From positions 64,001 to 128,000 of IMG/VR virus record IMGVR_UViG_3300047382_000771: a stretch of 64,000 nt of DNA. One strand, 5' to 3'. Shown piece after piece: positions 38,016-47,328 of the stretch. Source of the stretch: a virus (Duplodnaviria; Caudoviricetes). The translations under genes and the position numbers were made by a program. Every line of letters begins with the position of its first letter. The stretch's first letter is position 1. The notes beneath the pieces were generated by a model. It made no database searches, was not told where the DNA came from, and saw only the letters and a program-made list of their open reading frames with translations.

Positions 38016-38811
38016 AATAGAAGATAAAATATCTAAAGCAAGAATCAAAACATCAAATAGTAAAGGCCCAAGCCTTTATGTTAGAGATGACAACGGATTA
38101 CTGCAAAACGTTATCTATGAATTCAATGAAGATGGCTCAATAAACTGGAGGGCTATGATAAAAGAAGAGCACTTGTTCCCCAACAGGTCCTGGTTTGAGT
38201 CTAGGGGTAAAGATTGCCCTAGGTCAATAGATGGGTTAGCTGACCATCAGCTTTTAATTAAGCTCGCTGGGATCAAAGAATTAGCAAAGCTTAGGGGGTT
38301 TGAATCTATTAGTTATGATACAGTTAAGTGTGATGAAGGTCATGTAGCCGTATGTTGCACTGTGTCATTTACACCAAACTATGAAACAGGTTCTCAGAGT
38401 GTTACTTTTCAAGACATGGCTAATGCTACATTAAATAACACTAGTAGCTTTGCGACTAAATTTTTAGAGACCATAGCTTGTAACAGGGCTTTTGTTAGGT
38501 GTGTTAGAAACTTCCTTAATGTACATATTGTAGGAGATGACGAAATAGATAAGTCTGATAAGAAAAGTGTAAGCTCTGCAGTTTCTAAAACCAACTCTAA
38601 TCCATTCAGCCCTGTAACTACTTTGCAAAAACAAGCCGAAAGTGTTTTGGGTTGTACAGATTTTCAAGACTTCAAGTCCCACATAAGGGAGTGGTGGAGG
38701 AATAAAGTTGCAGGAGTCTACCAGAATGAAAGTATTTCTAAATGGGAAGACTGGTTAGATATCTCGGATAAAGACGCAAGGATACTGGTTGGAGTAATTT
38801 CTAAATCTTAG
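37999..38811 (+). CDS. Putative single-strand annealing protein (Rad52/Sak/ERF-like)
   Basis: beta-beta-beta-alpha pattern VAVCCTVSF...FQDMANA...ETIACNRAFVRCVRNFL, then GDDEI. Confidence 0.5.
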   Translation: MTGKTKIEDKISKARIKTSNSKGPSLYVRDDNGLLQNVIYEFNEDGSINWRAMIKEEHLFPNRSWFESRGKDCPRSIDGLADHQLLIKLAGIKELAKLRGFESISYDTVKCDEGHVAVCCTVSFTPNYETGSQSVTFQDMANATLNNTSSFATKFLETIACNRAFVRCVRNFLNVHIVGDDEIDKSDKKSVSSAVSKTNSNPFSPVTTLQKQAESVLGCTDFQDFKSHIREWWRNKVAGVYQNESISKWEDWLDISDKDARILVGVISKS

Positions 38812-41168
38812 TCTTCGACTTCTTCGCTCTGCGAAGTTATATTCAAAACATACCCCGCTGAAGGTGCCGATTGATTCGTTAGAAAATCAACGCCACTAAT
38901 CGTAGGCTCTCCTATCATCATGGCGTTTATAAAAGTTGGTGTTGATGACCCAGTATAATTTATATTAAAAGACACACTAGGTATACTTGTGTGCTTATCC
39001 TTAAACGGAACATTAAAACTTGTTCCTACACCCTCTAGATCAAACTTAGTCTCCTGCCTGGGAACCAAGTATTCTATGCTATCATTTACTTGGTAGTATT
39101 TATTGGGTCCAGCAGCATCATGAGTCATTATCGTTATATACTGTGGCCTATTACCTTCTAGGTCTGTGGAAGCTGCCCCGACATGCAGACCATCAACATT
39201 TGAATCTTCGATTGTTGCCTCACTATAAAAGTTATTATCATCAGGTATTATATTAGGAATTTCTCCTGTATGAAAAGATACCTTAGTTAAATCTAAATTA
39301 TTTTTATTTTTCTTAAATTCCGAATCCCTTATTTCGTAAGTTATTGTGAAATTCGTTCCATTAGTTGTATAATTTAGGTTGTCTAGTTCTATTTTATTAA
39401 ATACATGCACCTTACTATGACCACCTACCCTCTCTTGATTTTCTCTTTTAATAAAATCTGATCTTATCAATATACTATCATTTCTTAAGTAATCACAACC
39501 AAGATCTCGATAAACATGAGACCCGCTTGAATTTACCCAGCACCAACCTGAGCCCACATCATTTGAGGTAAAATTAATTATCTCGTTATTGTTATTGATA
39601 TAGTCTCCAGATCTAAACCCACTAGGATGAAACTGATTAAACGACGATCTATTTTTAATTTCACTATCAAAGACTTCGTCGAAAATTCCAACATTACCCC
39701 TCCTTAGCCCTAGCCATCCTTTAGCTCCACTAAATTGATTAACCTGATTCCATTGAGATTTATTTAATAGAACCGCTGGCATTTCAGCAATTTGATTTAA
39801 ATAAGATGCTGACATTTCGTAACCACTACTAAACTTCTCCCCTTCTCTAAATTGAATATTTAAACCATTAGGGTTGTCTCTTTCCATTGAAAATGTTCCA
39901 TTAACGTAGCATTGGCCAGATAATATATCTTCGTATGTATGAAAACATATTCGTTTTTCATCTACATCGTAGTATGCGTATTCATAAATCCCACTTTCTC
40001 CACTATATAAAACTTCCCCACCTTTAAAATAATCACCAGCACCACTACCATAAATAAGGCCGTCTTTTTCTTGTAGATCTCCAGTGGTTGTTTTTGATAA
40101 AAAATCATAAGTATGATCATAATAGAAAGAACTATTATCATTTACTTCGGTAGAGATTGAATTATTAATACTAGCATGATCAATTAATATATTACCATTA
40201 TAACCAGACTTTGGCTTTGAGATTAAACCTGTACCATCTACTTTATATATAAGGTCTACAATTTGGTGGTCTTGCCAGTCGTAGTTTAATTTTATTAAGC
40301 TTCTAATTCCTGCTTCAACTTTTGTTACATCTACATCTTTAACTATTGGCTTGAAATTTACACCGCTAGCCTTATACGGATCTTGAGTCTGACTAACCAA
40401 AGGTAATGGCCCACCTTCGCCAAGATTATCAAACGGTACTGCCATTAAATAATTATTCCTATCTGGTAATAAGGGTATCGACCCACTCCTATTGTAATTC
40501 ACTGTTTTTATTTTAGCTCCAGATTTAAACTCAACGGTGTCCTCTAATTCACCGTATGCATTTGTCCCTGTAAATAAATACATATTAATACCTTGTAGGT
40601 CGCTTGTTCCAGTGTACTCTATCTCAAAATGCCCCCCAGTTTTATTGTAACTCGTAATTTCGCCAGTAGGCGGGGGGTTATACATATAAAGGTGTCCTGT
40701 TTCTTTATTCCCAAATTTATCGTTCAGTACAACTGAAACATTCAGGTATCTATTAAAATCACCAGACGCATCTATAGTGGTCTGATTCCCTGAGATTCCA
40801 GTTTCGCTATGTATTAACTTACCCCCCTCGAAGGATGGATTATTTAAACTAGAAGGATCTTGCCTGTAAACAAAAACATCAAAATTATCTATGTATTGAT
40901 TTTTCTTAACCAGTGATTCATTCTTGATAACCTTATTACCCTTAGGTTCAGTAACACTCCACCTCAAATTTATCTTACTAGATAATGTTTCCTGGGAAAA
41001 AAGTTTCTCTCCAGTTTCATCTTTAATTATTACTAATTCTGGTTGGTTAACACCATTATCCACAAATATTTTATTAATCCTGAAAGTTTTTCCGAACTTA
41101 TCTTTTGGATTTTTGAGAGGTATTTGGATGGATGCACTGGATCCAATATTTGTTTTTCTAATACTCAT
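38808..41168 (-). CDS. Tail-associated protein, probably the continuation of the J-like tip
   Basis: Coupled to J by TAATG; beta-rich FN3-like segments and a fibre-type C-terminus (FNVPFKDKHTSIPSVSF). Confidence 0.6.
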   Translation of the reverse strand: MSIRKTNIGSSASIQIPLKNPKDKFGKTFRINKIFVDNGVNQPELVIIKDETGEKLFSQETLSSKINLRWSVTEPKGNKVIKNESLVKKNQYIDNFDVFVYRQDPSSLNNPSFEGGKLIHSETGISGNQTTIDASGDFNRYLNVSVVLNDKFGNKETGHLYMYNPPPTGEITSYNKTGGHFEIEYTGTSDLQGINMYLFTGTNAYGELEDTVEFKSGAKIKTVNYNRSGSIPLLPDRNNYLMAVPFDNLGEGGPLPLVSQTQDPYKASGVNFKPIVKDVDVTKVEAGIRSLIKLNYDWQDHQIVDLIYKVDGTGLISKPKSGYNGNILIDHASINNSISTEVNDNSSFYYDHTYDFLSKTTTGDLQEKDGLIYGSGAGDYFKGGEVLYSGESGIYEYAYYDVDEKRICFHTYEDILSGQCYVNGTFSMERDNPNGLNIQFREGEKFSSGYEMSASYLNQIAEMPAVLLNKSQWNQVNQFSGAKGWLGLRRGNVGIFDEVFDSEIKNRSSFNQFHPSGFRSGDYINNNNEIINFTSNDVGSGWCWVNSSGSHVYRDLGCDYLRNDSILIRSDFIKRENQERVGGHSKVHVFNKIELDNLNYTTNGTNFTITYEIRDSEFKKNKNNLDLTKVSFHTGEIPNIIPDDNNFYSEATIEDSNVDGLHVGAASTDLEGNRPQYITIMTHDAAGPNKYYQVNDSIEYLVPRQETKFDLEGVGTSFNVPFKDKHTSIPSVSFNINYTGSSTPTFINAMMIGEPTISGVDFLTNQSAPSAGYVLNITSQSEEVED

Positions 41169-44100
41169 TAGGGTACCGCCTCAATTCTAACATAATAACT
41201 CTTACCTTCCTCTATGGATGTATCCCTAAAGTCATAAGAAATTTGTTTAGTTAAATCGTCTCTATTTATGTTTTTATTCCCAAGCTCAAGTGTTTTTATT
41301 AGCTGCTTTGAGTGGAAAACTTGAACACGATATAATCTTGCAGCAGAAACTTCGTTCCAGAATATCCTTAAGCCATATTTTAACCCAAGCTCTTCATCTT
41401 CATCTAGCATTTCGATGTATATATTTTCAGGAGGCGGAGTAAAGTTTGTATTCATAACAATTGGGGATCTTGGGACAGGCAGAGTTGCGTTATCTTCAAT
41501 TGTTCCAAATTTACCAGAGTTATATTCCATAGCTTCTATTTTATATATAGCATCCCCCTCTTCAATTATATTTAAAACTTTATACTGCTTTGTTGTTGCT
41601 AAATTTAATTCATCCTCTATAACAAAAGTAGTACCTTCTATATCATGCAACTTAAGTAAAGCATCGTCAGTTTTCCTCTCAAGTATATAGCTTTTTAATA
41701 TATTTTTGTCATGGGTTACCCAATCCCCATGGTCTTCAAAATCGCTAGATCCACTAACACAAATAAAATTATAACCAGAAGGCAAATCTGGATCCTCTAC
41801 TATAATCTCCATAGATTCACTCACTAAGGGTTTAGGATAACTAGGAGAATCCGTTTCCACCCCTTCTTGAGCTTCTAGACTAGCTATCCTATCTCTCCCA
41901 ATATCAGATTCAGTATTACCAAATTCATCTTCTAGGGGATCTCTAGCTATCGTTAATCCAACTTTTGGGTAACCTACCCCCCAATTATAAAAATCTATTT
42001 CATCATCAGTACAGCCTTGTGGGTTAACCCATACAAATTTTTCAGGAGGAGGAGTCTCTCTGTAATACCCGCCTATCCATGCAAGCTCATTATCATCTTT
42101 TGGCAACACATCCCCAACGAATTGTTGGTCTACTTCGTTAGCAATCGAAGCTACATCGCCACCTCGTAATCTAGCATCCTGCATTGCTGTCACAAATGTA
42201 AACTTGCCAGATATATGCTCGTAAGGATTATTGATAACTTGCACCCTAGTATCGTTATTAGTTATAGAGCCTATAGTGTATTCACCTATTTGCCCAATCC
42301 TAATACTATCTATTTCTTCATCCGTTATCGCATCCCCATAAAGTGATTTTTGATTTAAGGTCTCCAGAGTGTTGTAGCCCGATATGTTGTATAGTTTTAT
42401 TTTCTTGTGAGTCCTATTATCAAATGAGTCAACTATAGTCCTAACTGGAAAATCTATATCTAGGTATGCTACCTTACCATCACCACTTACATCTATATTT
42501 AAAACTTTCCCAGCAAATCTACCTACAGTTTTTTTATTGTCTAATATATCTATCACATCTCCAGGCCTAAGATAAGATCCTGGATGAGCAGTATTAAATG
42601 TGACAATCTCTGTCTCTAAGTTCTTCCCTTGTACTAAAAACTCAGCCGTTCTTTGAGCTTGTGATTTAGATGTAACACCTAATGCGTTTATAGACTCTTC
42701 ATATAAACCGTTCTCTACGATCTTTTCTCTGTTTTCTGCGAACGCAATTTTTGGTCTATACCTATTGTATTGATCTAGGTATTTAACTTTTACAGAATTA
42801 GTTCTACTACTCCTGGGTGTATTTGAATACTGAAAGCCCTCGCTGGACACCATATTATTAGTAAACAACATGATACTATTAGTAGGCACATCCTGATAAA
42901 AGTTTATTTTCCCTCCACCCCAATAAGTGTATGCCCTAAATATGTCAGCTATTTCATTTATTAATTTAAAAGCATTACTAGGCTGGGATAAAACAGCATT
43001 CATTTTATACCTATGCTCTATTACTGGGTAATATATTTCGGCAGCACAAGTACCTTCCATCACATTACCTATACCTCTATCAAGGACAACATAATACCTA
43101 CCTATAGTTTCATCTCCAGTGACAGAGACAATTTTCCTTAATGCTCTTTTTTTATAACCGTTTTCCTCCCAAAATAGAGCTATATTCTTTTGTATATGTT
43201 TAAATTCTTGACCAAATTGTTCTTTAGTTAAAAACTGACCCTCCATTAAAATTCTAGCACTACCAACTGTTTTAAAATTTCTCCTTGGATATGTTGATGA
43301 ATACCCAGTTGGAACAAGTTCGTCACAAAATTTTGCTACTTTGTAAAATGTCCACTTGTCTATAAACTCTTCTTCCATACCGAACTTACCCAATCCATAA
43401 ACATTATTAGATATTAAATCGTATAGACACCATGCTGGATTGTCAGTCCACACAAGTTCATCTGAAAATTGTCCATTCCACGCTTGCCCATAAGTTTTCA
43501 AAACTGGATCGTAATTATTTGGTACTTTTACTTTTTTAAGTTTTAAGTTGTAATTTCTCCTTAACTGCTGTGGGACTTCTTTTGCTGAAACCCTAGTTCC
43601 TATTACTACTGAATTTGGGTAATTAGTTTTTATAGTGGATATTTCAGTTATGTTAGCTAAAGCAACATCATCCTTGTACCTCGCTGCTGACTCACCCTCC
43701 CTTACTACATTTCGCTCTCTAGTTATTTTGAAAGCTTTTATAATTCTAGGTCTACCCAACGGATTAGGAGGTAGATAAATTTTAATATCCTTCATGTACC
43801 CACCTGTGCAGGTTCCGAAGAAAGAAACATCTGTCTCGTATAAAGTTTCTCCTTCATTTCCATAGTGTATTCTAACCTGAACTCTGTTCGGCCAAGTTTC
43901 TCCAGAATTTTCAATTTTAGTTCCTATCTTAAATTCAGAATTTTTTTCAAGAATAATACCAAAAATTAAACCAACAACGCCTCCCCATATAACACTGGTC
44001 AGAAATGCACCCAAGTCAAATGGTTCATCACTTTCAGCCATTAAGTCAGCTGCATAACCTGCCCCAGTAATAGCACCTATAACAGCAAATAAAGTAGCAC

Positions 44101-46573
44101 CAGGAACATATGTAACCTCTACTTCGTCCCCTGGGTATATAAAAAATAATTGATTTATTTGAAATGTAACCAATGCTTCATCTACTAAGGGATTCGTTAT
44201 TATATGTTTTACTGGATATTCTTCTTCTGGTCTTACGTCTCCAATATCTCCTAATGAGTCTAATGAAATAAAAACTGGGTCATCCGATACAGCGGATGTG
44301 TCTTCGTTGTAAAAAACTACCCCAGGATTTTCTATAGTAATTTCTTTCCATAAGTTACTATTCGTTTCGGGATCTGGATCTATGGCTGTAAAAATGGTGG
44401 GAAATTCTTCGGCAACAGTTTCTAAAAACCCTCTTCCGTTTAATTCTATTTTCTCGAAATAAACAACCCCTTGCTGAGCTTGATCACTTAAAGATACTAT
44501 AGTTGAATTTTCATCACTTAAGTCTCCCTCTGGGATAGCTGTTATTGTTTTATAAACAGACGTATTATTAAAGTAAACAACATCATTCACTGCAAAAGGT
44601 TTAGCTGGCCTAAATTGCTTAAACCTTGTTGCTGCTTCTGGGCCAGCCCTAAAATAACCAGAACCTACTAGATCTAAATCCTGATTATTAGGTATACCAT
44701 CACCATCATCGTCATCCATAGGATATTGGCCCATATATTCAGGCTCTTCAAAAACCACGGTATTCGCATCGTAAGCCATATTGTATGTAAAAACTTGAAT
44801 ACCATCCCCAGGATTGTCTGGATCTTCTTTAAATATTCCTCTAGCCTCAAATAACCTTGTTCCCTTTTTAACTATTGGGAGCGGGTCAAATTGTCCAACA
44901 ACATAATTAGACGCAGGACTATACTCAGTATCGGTGGCTCTTAATGTTTTATACCTAACCTCTGTAGTTCCATTAAAAAATGTAACTATTGTGCCCTTGG
45001 GATAAAAAGGTGTAGATTTATTAAAATCTTTAAAATTAGTACCCTGGAACTTAGCCGCATTAACTTCATCTAATATTCTAGGCCCAAAAAGTTTTGCGTT
45101 TATTGGTTTTGTTTCCCCTATAAACTGGTAAGGCTTTTCTAACAAAGATTGATCGTTTGCTCCAATCTCTCCTTTTGTATTCCTAGCTACATCAATATCA
45201 AACTGTAATAGATTATAACTTTCTTGTACAGTTGTTTCGTCTATATATTTCTCTTCTTTTACTGGTAGGTCATTAAGTAAAACAGCCTTAAGGTAACTAT
45301 CCGAACCATCTCCAGGATTACTGTCTTTCGCATCTGTAAAAATTAAATCATTACCATCGTCATCAGAGAATCCTTGAATTGGTCCTTCGCATATTAAATC
45401 TACTATTGTAGCTATCGCTGAAGACTCGAATTTATACCAACCTAAACCATTCCTTTTACTTCCATTCTTGTATCTTCTTCCAACACAAATAACATTTCCT
45501 AGGTTAGAGGATTGAACATTAGTTGGGTCATCTACAAGTTGAGCATTCCTGAAATTTATCGGATAAAATATTCTTTCTGAAGAATCGTTAATTCTTTTGG
45601 GTTCGCTCTGCAGCATAGTGAAAGGAGCTAAATGTAAATCAGCCTCTTTAACTGTAGCTATTCCTTCTTGTGGAGTTGGTCCCCAATCCCCATTGTAACT
45701 ACTATAATTTTGAAGGAAATATTCTGGCACCCCTTTGTTATAAATAGTTTTATAATACAATGTGCCCGCACTTAAAAAACCCTTACCAAGTTTTTGCTTT
45801 TCAATAGCTTCCTCCCCTGTGTATGATACATCTGCTCCGTACATTCCATCATTAGATCCAAAACCTGTAGCAGGGTCCCTAGATTTAAGAGCCTTAAATA
45901 CTATACTTTCTATACCCATTTCTGATGGCCCGTCAGCGATAGAGGAAAAAGCACTAGATAATAGCGGGCCAGGATCTTCTCCTAATTGCTCAATTAATAA
46001 CTGTCTGTATTTATTATATAAAGGTATAAGGTGGTATGCTCCATTTTCTAATTTATATATTTTACCTAAATCAGCATCATATTCATAATTATTAATTGAA
46101 TTTGATACAACCTTAGAGCCCACTTTCATTTTACCGTAACCAAGTGGTACATTACTACCTTGTTCTGTTACATTCTCCACACCCCTATAAATATAAGATT
46201 TGGTTTGAGCTTGTAAAACTCTAGTATCTCTCTCTTTCTTCCCTAGCATTTTATTCTGAATCCATCCGCTAAGGAAACTTGTACCAAAAGACATAGCCAT
46301 TCCCATAACCATTCCAGCACCTTGAGCTACAGGAGATATAATAATATCTTCTTTTGTATTTTTATCTATTTCTTCTTGGCGGAAATACTCATTAGAGTCT
46401 TTCTTCTTAAAAGAGTACCTAACTCCATCCATCTCTTTAGATTGCAGGTATTGTATAAAACCATCAGTATTTGCTTCGATAGCCGATATAGCTTCTAGGG
46501 GAGACCCCACATCTAGTTCCCACTTTTTCCCAAAGCGTTTGCCTAGTTTTCCATATAAGTATACCTTTTTCAT
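41168..46573 (-). CDS. Fused lambda gpI-gpJ-like tail tip / host-specificity protein with inserted C-type lectin, CBM-like and Ca-binding segments
   Basis: gpI: VYLYGKLGKRFG...EAISAI and QGSNVPLGYG. gpJ: VDLICEGPIQG, WTDNPAWCLYD, RYKMNAV and GVTSKSQAQR. Confidence 0.9.
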   Translation of the reverse strand: MKKVYLYGKLGKRFGKKWELDVGSPLEAISAIEANTDGFIQYLQSKEMDGVRYSFKKKDSNEYFRQEEIDKNTKEDIIISPVAQGAGMVMGMAMSFGTSFLSGWIQNKMLGKKERDTRVLQAQTKSYIYRGVENVTEQGSNVPLGYGKMKVGSKVVSNSINNYEYDADLGKIYKLENGAYHLIPLYNKYRQLLIEQLGEDPGPLLSSAFSSIADGPSEMGIESIVFKALKSRDPATGFGSNDGMYGADVSYTGEEAIEKQKLGKGFLSAGTLYYKTIYNKGVPEYFLQNYSSYNGDWGPTPQEGIATVKEADLHLAPFTMLQSEPKRINDSSERIFYPINFRNAQLVDDPTNVQSSNLGNVICVGRRYKNGSKRNGLGWYKFESSAIATIVDLICEGPIQGFSDDDGNDLIFTDAKDSNPGDGSDSYLKAVLLNDLPVKEEKYIDETTVQESYNLLQFDIDVARNTKGEIGANDQSLLEKPYQFIGETKPINAKLFGPRILDEVNAAKFQGTNFKDFNKSTPFYPKGTIVTFFNGTTEVRYKTLRATDTEYSPASNYVVGQFDPLPIVKKGTRLFEARGIFKEDPDNPGDGIQVFTYNMAYDANTVVFEEPEYMGQYPMDDDDGDGIPNNQDLDLVGSGYFRAGPEAATRFKQFRPAKPFAVNDVVYFNNTSVYKTITAIPEGDLSDENSTIVSLSDQAQQGVVYFEKIELNGRGFLETVAEEFPTIFTAIDPDPETNSNLWKEITIENPGVVFYNEDTSAVSDDPVFISLDSLGDIGDVRPEEEYPVKHIITNPLVDEALVTFQINQLFFIYPGDEVEVTYVPGATLFAVIGAITGAGYAADLMAESDEPFDLGAFLTSVIWGGVVGLIFGIILEKNSEFKIGTKIENSGETWPNRVQVRIHYGNEGETLYETDVSFFGTCTGGYMKDIKIYLPPNPLGRPRIIKAFKITRERNVVREGESAARYKDDVALANITEISTIKTNYPNSVVIGTRVSAKEVPQQLRRNYNLKLKKVKVPNNYDPVLKTYGQAWNGQFSDELVWTDNPAWCLYDLISNNVYGLGKFGMEEEFIDKWTFYKVAKFCDELVPTGYSSTYPRRNFKTVGSARILMEGQFLTKEQFGQEFKHIQKNIALFWEENGYKKRALRKIVSVTGDETIGRYYVVLDRGIGNVMEGTCAAEIYYPVIEHRYKMNAVLSQPSNAFKLINEIADIFRAYTYWGGGKINFYQDVPTNSIMLFTNNMVSSEGFQYSNTPRSSRTNSVKVKYLDQYNRYRPKIAFAENREKIVENGLYEESINALGVTSKSQAQRTAEFLVQGKNLETEIVTFNTAHPGSYLRPGDVIDILDNKKTVGRFAGKVLNIDVSGDGKVAYLDIDFPVRTIVDSFDNRTHKKIKLYNISGYNTLETLNQKSLYGDAITDEEIDSIRIGQIGEYTIGSITNNDTRVQVINNPYEHISGKFTFVTAMQDARLRGGDVASIANEVDQQFVGDVLPKDDNELAWIGGYYRETPPPEKFVWVNPQGCTDDEIDFYNWGVGYPKVGLTIARDPLEDEFGNTESDIGRDRIASLEAQEGVETDSPSYPKPLVSESMEIIVEDPDLPSGYNFICVSGSSDFEDHGDWVTHDKNILKSYILERKTDDALLKLHDIEGTTFVIEDELNLATTKQYKVLNIIEEGDAIYKIEAMEYNSGKFGTIEDNATLPVPRSPIVMNTNFTPPPENIYIEMLDEDEELGLKYGLRIFWNEVSAARLYRVQVFHSKQLIKTLELGNKNINRDDLTKQISYDFRDTSIEEGKSYYVRIEAVP

Positions 46574-46589
46574 CCTTTTTCCTAAAATA

Positions 46590-46599
46590 GGTATTACAC
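46590..46599 (-). promoter_or_regulatory. GTGTAH motif
   Basis: GTGTAATACC directly after the K stop; 20 nt before the I-J ATG. Confidence 0.55.
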
Positions 46600-47328
46600 T
46601 TAAGAATTAGGTCTGTATACTCTAACTATTCTTTTTCTCCATTTATCGTCTAAAAAGTCTTCGCCAGATAAGTGGTGAGCTTTTTGATGATAAAATTCAT
46701 CTACTTCAGAGCAAACACCTACGTGCAATACATCTTCATTAGGGATATGAAATATCAACATGTCATGTTTTCTTATGTCTTCCTTATCTTTAACTTTAGT
46801 AAATCCCTCCTCAAATATTTTAAGCATATATTTGTTAGCTTTTTTACCATCTATAGGGGGAAAATAATTAAAGGATTTATAATCTAATTTAAACCAAGGG
46901 CATCTTTCGGAATAATAATCTCTAGGAATATTAACGCACTCACAAAAGCCCCTAACATAAGGTCTACCAGTTAGACTTGGCGGCTCAAATGAATCAGGTA
47001 TATATAAAAATATTTTTTTAGTTACCAAGCTATATATTAAGAAAGGTATACCCAGTTCTTCTGAATTATTTATATCAACCTGAGATGGATTCTCTGAAGA
47101 TGTAGGATGGGAGTGATATATACCTAAAAGTTTTTTTTGCCCTAAAATTTTTAAAGGAGAAATCTCAAACATTCTCTGTTTATCAAAGCTTTGATTTTTT
47201 TCCCTAGTAACTTTAACTATCAAATTAGAATCTAAAGATATGGTACCGCAAACTTCTTCACTTGGATTTGATTCTGCGTGCTCTATAATTTCTTTATAGT
47301 AATCTTTATTTTGTTTATTCAAAGTCAT
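46600..47328 (-). CDS. Tail tip assembly protein K-like (JAB/MPN plus NlpC/P60)
   Basis: EEVCG, YHSHP...PSQVD, GRPYVRGFCEC and LHVGV. Confidence 0.9.
   Translation of the reverse strand: MTLNKQNKDYYKEIIEHAESNPSEEVCGTISLDSNLIVKVTREKNQSFDKQRMFEISPLKILGQKKLLGIYHSHPTSSENPSQVDINNSEELGIPFLIYSLVTKKIFLYIPDSFEPPSLTGRPYVRGFCECVNIPRDYYSERCPWFKLDYKSFNYFPPIDGKKANKYMLKIFEEGFTKVKDKEDIRKHDMLIFHIPNEDVLHVGVCSEVDEFYHQKAHHLSGEDFLDDKWRKRIVRVYRPNS

Noticed and set aside
41680-42230. Diversity-generating retroelement targeting the lectin domain
   Set aside because: No reverse transcriptase and no template/variable repeat pair in the window.
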